From an uncultured Bacilli bacterium (lineage in GTDB: Bacteria > Bacillota_I > Bacilli_A > RF39 > UBA660), in contig CAKOLT010000002.1 of NCBI GenBank assembly GCA_934096315.1, positions 4,108 through 68,107 on the forward strand: a DNA stretch of 64,000 nucleotides. Direction: 5' to 3'. This document shows, one piece after another, positions 58,633-64,000 of this stretch. The position numbers and the translations under genes are program-made. The stretch's first letter is position 1, and each line of letters starts with the position of its first letter. Under the pieces are notes generated by a model, which worked only from the letters and a program-made list of their open reading frames with translations, searched no databases and was not told the DNA's origin.

Positions 58633-59733
58633 TTATTTAATTGCTAGTTTTTTCCTCTTTTTTTTAAAAAAAGCTCCCACTGTTAATAAAATCATAATAG
58701 GTAATATACTAAAACAAATATATGGATATACCTTGTCAACAAAATTATTAAAAACTGTATTACTTTTGAAAGATAAATTACAAAGAATAAAAATAACTAG
58801 AGAAGAAGACCAAGCAACAATAGGATTAGGTTTATCATTAGAATTATGCTTAATACTAATAGTAATAAAATAAATTAATAAAGAAACATAACCTATTGCC
58901 CCTAAAATCCATTGCATAGCAACTAAATTTTCAATTCTATCAATAAAATTCATGAAAGAAATTTTTTGCAGCACTACATATTCAGGATACTGATAAGCTC
59001 CAATTAAGTATTTTCCAAGTACACCAATAGTAAACAAAATAACAAGAAAAACTATAAATATAGATAAAGAATATAGGATAATTCCACTCTTCGCAATATT
59101 ATGCTTATCCACTAAATTATTAAATGGAATAGATAAAAGTATAAATAAAGGAAATATGTTAGTACATGAAATAATTAGACTACTACTAATAATTTTATTA
59201 ACTCCATTATTCATAATAGGCAAGAAATTATCAATTTTAAAATGAGGAATAAGTCCAACAACTGCAATCAAAAATAACAATAAATTTATAATAAGAATTA
59301 TAAAACCAACCCTAGAAACAACTTGAAACCCTTTACACACGTTTATAGTAATAACAATAATCATAAGAAGAGACACGACAAATAATGGAGTTCTAATTAA
59401 ATATTGTGAAGAAACAAAGTTAGAAATACTAAACATATTTGTAAGAGCAATAATTATACAAATAGCAATTAAAACATAATTAATAATGTTTCCAAATAAT
59501 TTTCCAAAAACATCTTTAGAAACATCACATATAGATAAATTATGATTATAATTACCCAAATAATAAAGCATAAACAAATAAAGAAATCCAATTAATCCCA
59601 TAAAAATTATACAAAAATAACCATCGTTATTAACCATTTTAAATATAATATGAGTTCCAATACCTGCAACTGCACCAATTATTGGAAAAACCATTAAGCA
59701 TACAAGTTGTAAACAATTAATCTTCCATTTCAT
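58633..59733 (-). CDS. spore germination protein, GerAB/GerKB-type permease subunit
   Basis: 366 aa with ~10 TM helices. It is the last gene of an A-C-B germinant-receptor operon and overlaps the C gene by 17 nt. Confidence 0.8.
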   Translation of the reverse strand: MKWKINCLQLVCLMVFPIIGAVAGIGTHIIFKMVNNDGYFCIIFMGLIGFLYLFMLYYLGNYNHNLSICDVSKDVFGKLFGNIINYVLIAICIIIALTNMFSISNFVSSQYLIRTPLFVVSLLMIIVITINVCKGFQVVSRVGFIILIINLLLFLIAVVGLIPHFKIDNFLPIMNNGVNKIISSSLIISCTNIFPLFILLSIPFNNLVDKHNIAKSGIILYSLSIFIVFLVILFTIGVLGKYLIGAYQYPEYVVLQKISFMNFIDRIENLVAMQWILGAIGYVSLLIYFITISIKHNSNDKPNPIVAWSSSLVIFILCNLSFKSNTVFNNFVDKVYPYICFSILPIMILLTVGAFFKKKRKKLAIK

Positions 59734-60889
59734 AAATACCTCCTAAGCCATTACCTTTAGCAAAAAGATTTACATCGGAATTAACTTCCAACTTAATATT
59801 ACGAAAATATTCATCCCAATTGTCCTTAATTTTATTATAATATTTATTATTCTTTTTATAGTACAAATCCTCTATCCCATATATATCACTATCATATTTT
59901 TCCATAATATCCTTAAAAGCTGATTTAATCATTTTTTCAATACTTTTATTTAAATCATTATTCATTTTTTCAATAACTTTAGGTTTAGTTAAATCAAGTT
60001 TACAATTAACTTCCGCAATAGCCCCTCTCCCTTTAATGTTAAGAATAATCTTACCATCTTTTTTAGCATCCAAACTACTCTTAACATCAGTTAAATCAGC
60101 AATAGCATAATTACTATCATCACAATTATATCTAATTATTGTCTTATTTAAATTACCAATGATAAAACTATAAGAAAGACTTTCTTTTTCAGACAAATAC
60201 CCTCTAAATTTATTATTCTTAAATACACTCATTGTAGAAATTCTAACATTGGCATTATAGTTTGACGTTTTTAAATTTTCTGTATCTTCTCCTCCATTTT
60301 TATTGCCTATAATTTCTAAAGAAGGAATAGTAATTTCCATTTTTGGATTTAAATATTTGTTAAGTAAATCACTAAACTTAACTATCTCATTCATTCCTAG
60401 TATATTATCACTATCTAGTAAACTATTTGCAATATCTTCACTAGAAAGATTAACTAAAGGAGTAATAACCTCAAGTACATCACGAGGATTACTATCTTTA
60501 CTAATAAGTACAAAAAATTCATTTCTAACATCTGGGTTTCTATATATAAAATCAACAACATTAGCTAAATGATTTTTAGCAACCTCTTCGCTTAATACCA
60601 AAACCTTTAAATGAGAAGCATATAACCTCTTTGATGTAATTAGAGTAGCCTTTCTCGCAGACTCCTCAAGACTTATTGCAGGGCTATCATAAACAACAAA
60701 ACTAGCCTGTTCAAATCCGTTACTATTATTGTTATTATTAGAATTAACTATTTGATAAGAAACCTTATATTCACCATCACTATAATCAATACTAAATGCA
60801 GAAATAATAGCAATATCATTAAGTTCCTCATAGTTATAACAACCAGTAAGAAGTAGCACAATTAAACATATAAAAATATTTTTTCTCAT
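59717..60889 (-). CDS. Ger(x)C family germination lipoprotein
   Basis: Lipobox LLLTGC, followed by YNYEELNDIAIISAFSIDY, typical of GerAC. 390 aa. Confidence 0.85.
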   Translation of the reverse strand: MRKNIFICLIVLLLTGCYNYEELNDIAIISAFSIDYSDGEYKVSYQIVNSNNNNNSNGFEQASFVVYDSPAISLEESARKATLITSKRLYASHLKVLVLSEEVAKNHLANVVDFIYRNPDVRNEFFVLISKDSNPRDVLEVITPLVNLSSEDIANSLLDSDNILGMNEIVKFSDLLNKYLNPKMEITIPSLEIIGNKNGGEDTENLKTSNYNANVRISTMSVFKNNKFRGYLSEKESLSYSFIIGNLNKTIIRYNCDDSNYAIADLTDVKSSLDAKKDGKIILNIKGRGAIAEVNCKLDLTKPKVIEKMNNDLNKSIEKMIKSAFKDIMEKYDSDIYGIEDLYYKKNNKYYNKIKDNWDEYFRNIKLEVNSDVNLFAKGNGLGGIYEMED

Positions 60890-62331
60890 GATTTATCACC
60901 AATTTTAATTTCATTATTAGACAAATATTTAACTCTTTTATAATTACCCTTTTCAGAAGTTTTAATTATACTATTTTTAAGACCCGCAATATATGTTGGA
61001 ACAAATGGCATTAAATATGGTTTTCCAAAAGACTTCAAACTTGATATTTTAATTATATAATAAGTAAAAGCAAGAACAAGTCCATACATTCCCATAAAAG
61101 AAGCCGCTACCATAAAAAATAATCTATACCATCTAAGTCCATTAATTAGTTCCTGTTCTGGAAATGATAAAGATGCAATGGAAGTAAGTGCAATAACAAT
61201 AATCATTATCGGAGACACTAATCCAGCATTAACTGCAGCTTCCCCCAAAATAAGAGCCCCTACAATTGAAAGTGCACTCGAAGTAAAACTTGGAATTCTA
61301 AGATCACTTTCTCTTAAAATTTCAAAAGCAAGTATCATAATTAAAGCTTCAAAAAAAGCTGGAAATGGAATATTATTCCTCTGTGCAGCAAAATTAATAA
61401 TCAAAAGAGTAGGAATCATTTCCTGATTATATGTAGTAATTGCAATATAAAAAGCAGGAGTTAAAAGAGCAATATAAAAAGCAATGTATTTAACAATTCT
61501 TGTAAAAGATACATTAACACCTTTATTATAACGATCTTCAATATTTATAAAATAATCATTTAAAAGACCAGGAATAACCAGAGCAAATGGAGAATTATCA
61601 ATAATAATAACCACTTTACCATTTAATAAGGCATCACATGCAATATCAGGCCTCTCCGTAGTAATAATTGTAGGAAATACCGATTTATTTTCTTTTTCAA
61701 TTAAATTTTTAATATCTCCAGAATTCGTAATACCATCAATATCAATTTTTTCCAGTTTCTTTTTTATATCATTAACAAGATCATCATACGCAATACCATT
61801 TATATGAAGTAAACTAACTTTGGTACTAGTATACTTCCCAATTTTAAAATCTGTAACCCATAAATTAGCAGTTTTTATTCTTCTGTAAACAAGACCAATA
61901 TTAGTTTCTATATTTTCATTAAAACTATCCATCGCACCCCTGACACTATTTTCAGTAAGTGGTGAAGTAATTCCTCTACTTAAATCTTTACGAGTTTCTA
62001 ACGCCAAAGGTTTATTATTATCAACTAAAATAATACTAAAACCACTATTCAAATAATAAATTAATTCATCATAATTATTAATAACCTTAACTTTAAAATT
62101 ATCTATATCATTTAATATAACATCATATAATTTTCTTTTTTTAATGCCCTTATCTTCAATTAAGTCTAAACTTCTAATAACAAAATCACTAATCCCGCTA
62201 CTTGAAGATATACTATCATTGAAAATAATATAAACTAGACATTTACTTATATATTTTTTCCTAAAAACAATATTACCATTATTATTAGTATCCTTTTTAA
62301 TTTTATTAATAATATTTTCTACATCCCACAT
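60886..62331 (-). CDS. spore germination protein, GerAA/GerKA-type subunit
   Basis: 481 aa. Soluble N-terminal domain and C-terminal TM block with PIMIIVIALTSIASLSFP...LRWYRLFFMVAA, typical of the A subunits. Confidence 0.87.
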   Translation of the reverse strand: MWDVENIINKIKKDTNNNGNIVFRKKYISKCLVYIIFNDSISSSSGISDFVIRSLDLIEDKGIKKRKLYDVILNDIDNFKVKVINNYDELIYYLNSGFSIILVDNNKPLALETRKDLSRGITSPLTENSVRGAMDSFNENIETNIGLVYRRIKTANLWVTDFKIGKYTSTKVSLLHINGIAYDDLVNDIKKKLEKIDIDGITNSGDIKNLIEKENKSVFPTIITTERPDIACDALLNGKVVIIIDNSPFALVIPGLLNDYFINIEDRYNKGVNVSFTRIVKYIAFYIALLTPAFYIAITTYNQEMIPTLLIINFAAQRNNIPFPAFFEALIMILAFEILRESDLRIPSFTSSALSIVGALILGEAAVNAGLVSPIMIIVIALTSIASLSFPEQELINGLRWYRLFFMVAASFMGMYGLVLAFTYYIIKISSLKSFGKPYLMPFVPTYIAGLKNSIIKTSEKGNYKRVKYLSNNEIKIGDKS

Positions 62332-62465
62332 AAAACCACCATTTGTATTATTACCATTAATTAAAATATTATGTAGTTATAAAATAATTAATTGTAAACT
62401 AATTCAAAAATCTTGTAACTGTTTTAAAAATATGATAAACTATTTTTAGAAAAGATGGTGGGACA

Positions 62466-63710
62466 ATGACAAGAAAAACTAAAAATACAGACCAAGAAAA
62501 AAATAAAAAAAGTAAAAGAAATAAAAATTCATATTCGTTTGAAGAAGTATTTATCATTATGATAATATCACTGGTAATTGGCTTTTTTACATGCTTTTCA
62601 TTAAATAGAATATTATATGGAAATTATGACTACAAAATAATTTCAAAAGATTTAAAAAAATTTATTTCTGCTTACCAAACAGTAATTAAGAATTATCCAA
62701 AAGAACTTGACAAAGAAAAATTAGTAGAAAATGCTATTGAGGGTATGTTAAATTCAATCGGTGACAAATACACAACATATAATGACATAGAAAATACAAA
62801 TTCTTTTAATGAAACTGTAAGTGGTACCTACGAAGGTATTGGATGCTTAGTGTCAACTACTGAAGATGGAATAAAAGTTATCGAAGTTTTCGAAGATAGT
62901 CCAGCAAGCAAAGCCTCATTAAAAGAGGGAGATATTATAAAAGAAATAGATAATGAAGATTTTACATCAAAAACAAGTAATGACATGTCAGAGTATGTAA
63001 AGAACGCTACAAACAAGGAAATAAAACTTTTAATTGTACGGGATGGAGAAGAAAAAGAAATAAAGATTAAAAGAAAAAAAGTTGAAGTGCCAACCGTAAC
63101 AGGAAAAGTCTATGAAGTAGAAAACAAAAAGATAGGATATATAGATATCTCAATATTCTCATCAGTAACCGACAAACAATTTAAAGAAAAACTAAAATCT
63201 TTAGAAAAAGAAGATATAAAATGTTTAGTCATAGATGTAAGAGATAACAGCGGTGGTTACTTAAACGTAGTAACAAATATTTCCAATATAATTTTAGAAA
63301 AAGGAAAGACAATATATAAAATAGAAAAAAGCAAAAATAATGTAAACGAAAAAAAGGACACAACCAAGGAAAAAAGAACATATCCAATAGCTATTATAGT
63401 AAATTCATCCAGTGCTTCTGCATCAGAAATATTAGCATCTGCAATTAAAGAAAGTTATGGAGGGTTTGTCGTAGGCACTAATACATATGGAAAAGGAACA
63501 GTGCAACAAACCATGAAATTAGAAGATGGAAGTATGATAAAGTACACAATAGAAAATTGGTTAACTCCAAATGGAAATTGGATAAATGAAGTAGGGGTTA
63601 CCCCAACAAATTATGTAGAATTGGAAGAAACATATTACGAAAATCCAATTCCTGAAAATGACAATCAATTGCAAGAATCACTACTTTTAGTGGCCAAAAA
63701 CCAGAAATAA
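62466..63710 (+). CDS. S41 family C-terminal processing peptidase (with PDZ domain)
   Basis: N-terminal TM anchor, PDZ domain (GIKVIEVFEDSPASKASLKEGDIIKEID), DVRDNSGGY, SASASEILA, GTNTYGKGTVQ. Confidence 0.88.
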   Translation: MTRKTKNTDQEKNKKSKRNKNSYSFEEVFIIMIISLVIGFFTCFSLNRILYGNYDYKIISKDLKKFISAYQTVIKNYPKELDKEKLVENAIEGMLNSIGDKYTTYNDIENTNSFNETVSGTYEGIGCLVSTTEDGIKVIEVFEDSPASKASLKEGDIIKEIDNEDFTSKTSNDMSEYVKNATNKEIKLLIVRDGEEKEIKIKRKKVEVPTVTGKVYEVENKKIGYIDISIFSSVTDKQFKEKLKSLEKEDIKCLVIDVRDNSGGYLNVVTNISNIILEKGKTIYKIEKSKNNVNEKKDTTKEKRTYPIAIIVNSSSASASEILASAIKESYGGFVVGTNTYGKGTVQQTMKLEDGSMIKYTIENWLTPNGNWINEVGVTPTNYVELEETYYENPIPENDNQLQESLLLVAKNQK

Positions 63711-63733
63711 GCATAAAAAAGCTTATTTTTTTT
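63707..63733 (+). terminator. intrinsic terminator after the S41 peptidase gene
   Basis: ATAAGC (63707-63712) pairs with GCTTAT (63721-63726), followed by T7. Confidence 0.65.
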
Positions 63734-63840
63734 AACAAATCAGAAAAAAATGTAACCAAAACGGTAACAAATTCAAAAAAGTGTGATATAATATCAGTGA
63801 ATTTTGTCGAAAGGAAAAAAAAGCCGAAAGGAAGAGTAAA

Positions 63841-64000
63841 ATGTTAAGGTTCATAATATGTGAAGACAAACAAAGAGATTCAGAAAGAACAAGATTAGTA
63901 ATAAATAGGGCGATGGCAAAGTATGAAATAGATTATAGGATAACAGCATATCCTGGATTAACCACTGAGCTAGAAAGATTTATTGAGACCAACGACGAAC
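63841..64000 (+). CDS. 5' end of a probable response-regulator receiver domain protein (partial, runs off the window)
   Basis: ATG 63841 follows AAAGGAAGAG. MLRFIICEDKQRDSERTRLVI... resembles the start of LytTR/other receiver domains. Too short to be sure. Confidence 0.35.
   Translation, partial: MLRFIICEDKQRDSERTRLVINRAMAKYEIDYRITAYPGLTTELERFIETNDE

Noticed and set aside
62332-62465. Tried to read a sigma-G/sigma-F forespore promoter upstream of the ger operon (CATAATA-like -10 present on the minus strand).
   Set aside because: I could not find a -35 (GnATA-like) element at acceptable spacing. The call would be guesswork.
1-64000. Scanned for CRISPR arrays, tRNA/rRNA genes, tmRNA/SRP RNA cores, transposases, integrases, phage genes, toxin-antitoxin pairs and restriction or other defence genes.
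   Set aside because: None found. There are no regularly spaced direct repeats, no tRNA-like GC-rich cloverleaf segments in the few intergenic gaps, and no ORF with recombinase or nuclease signatures. The window looks like core chromosome rather than an accessory island.

Overview
This is a 64-kb, strongly AT-rich chromosomal segment (roughly 30% G+C judged by eye, not computed). It comes from a low-GC Firmicute endospore former: spoIVA, pro-sigK, a SpoVIF-like gene and a gerA-type germinant-receptor operon are present. gpsB and a type-B RNase P RNA suggest a Bacilli/Erysipelotrichia-like lineage, which is inference. Content is overwhelmingly core housekeeping. It includes rlmH, PFOR (nifJ), cysS, gltX, gmk and a cold-shock gene. 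The secE-nusG-rplKAJL-rpoBC cluster, hup, dusB, lysS, rpmB, gpsB-rnpB, rodZ-like-pgsA-recA-rny and ftsY-ylxM are also present. So are an NitT/TauT-type ABC importer, htpG-hsp20, a sirtuin, a cadC-cadA metal-efflux operon and an S41 protease. I found no rRNA, tRNA, CRISPR array, transposase/integrase, prophage or recognisable defence gene. The only clear RNA gene is rnpB. Many sigma-A-like promoters and intrinsic terminators are readable. I do not see a convincing multi-gene novel system. The best candidates for something undescribed are listed here:
- A 78-codon ORF exactly fills the rplJ-rplL spacer and is translationally coupled on both sides.
- The ftsY-ylxM operon continues into two micro membrane ORFs and a D1-only Clp/Hsp100-like AAA+ protein that lacks the pore-loop tyrosine, where ffh is expected.
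- A 1061-aa orphan protein carries three internal ~45-aa repeats.
- Two orphan genes lie at 46.2-48.8 kb, one behind a perfect consensus promoter.
- A hemolysin-III gene is broken at an A_AAA_AAT heptamer.
- A CIRCE-like operator sits on htpG.
All family calls are motif recognition by eye. No database search, alignment or folding was run.
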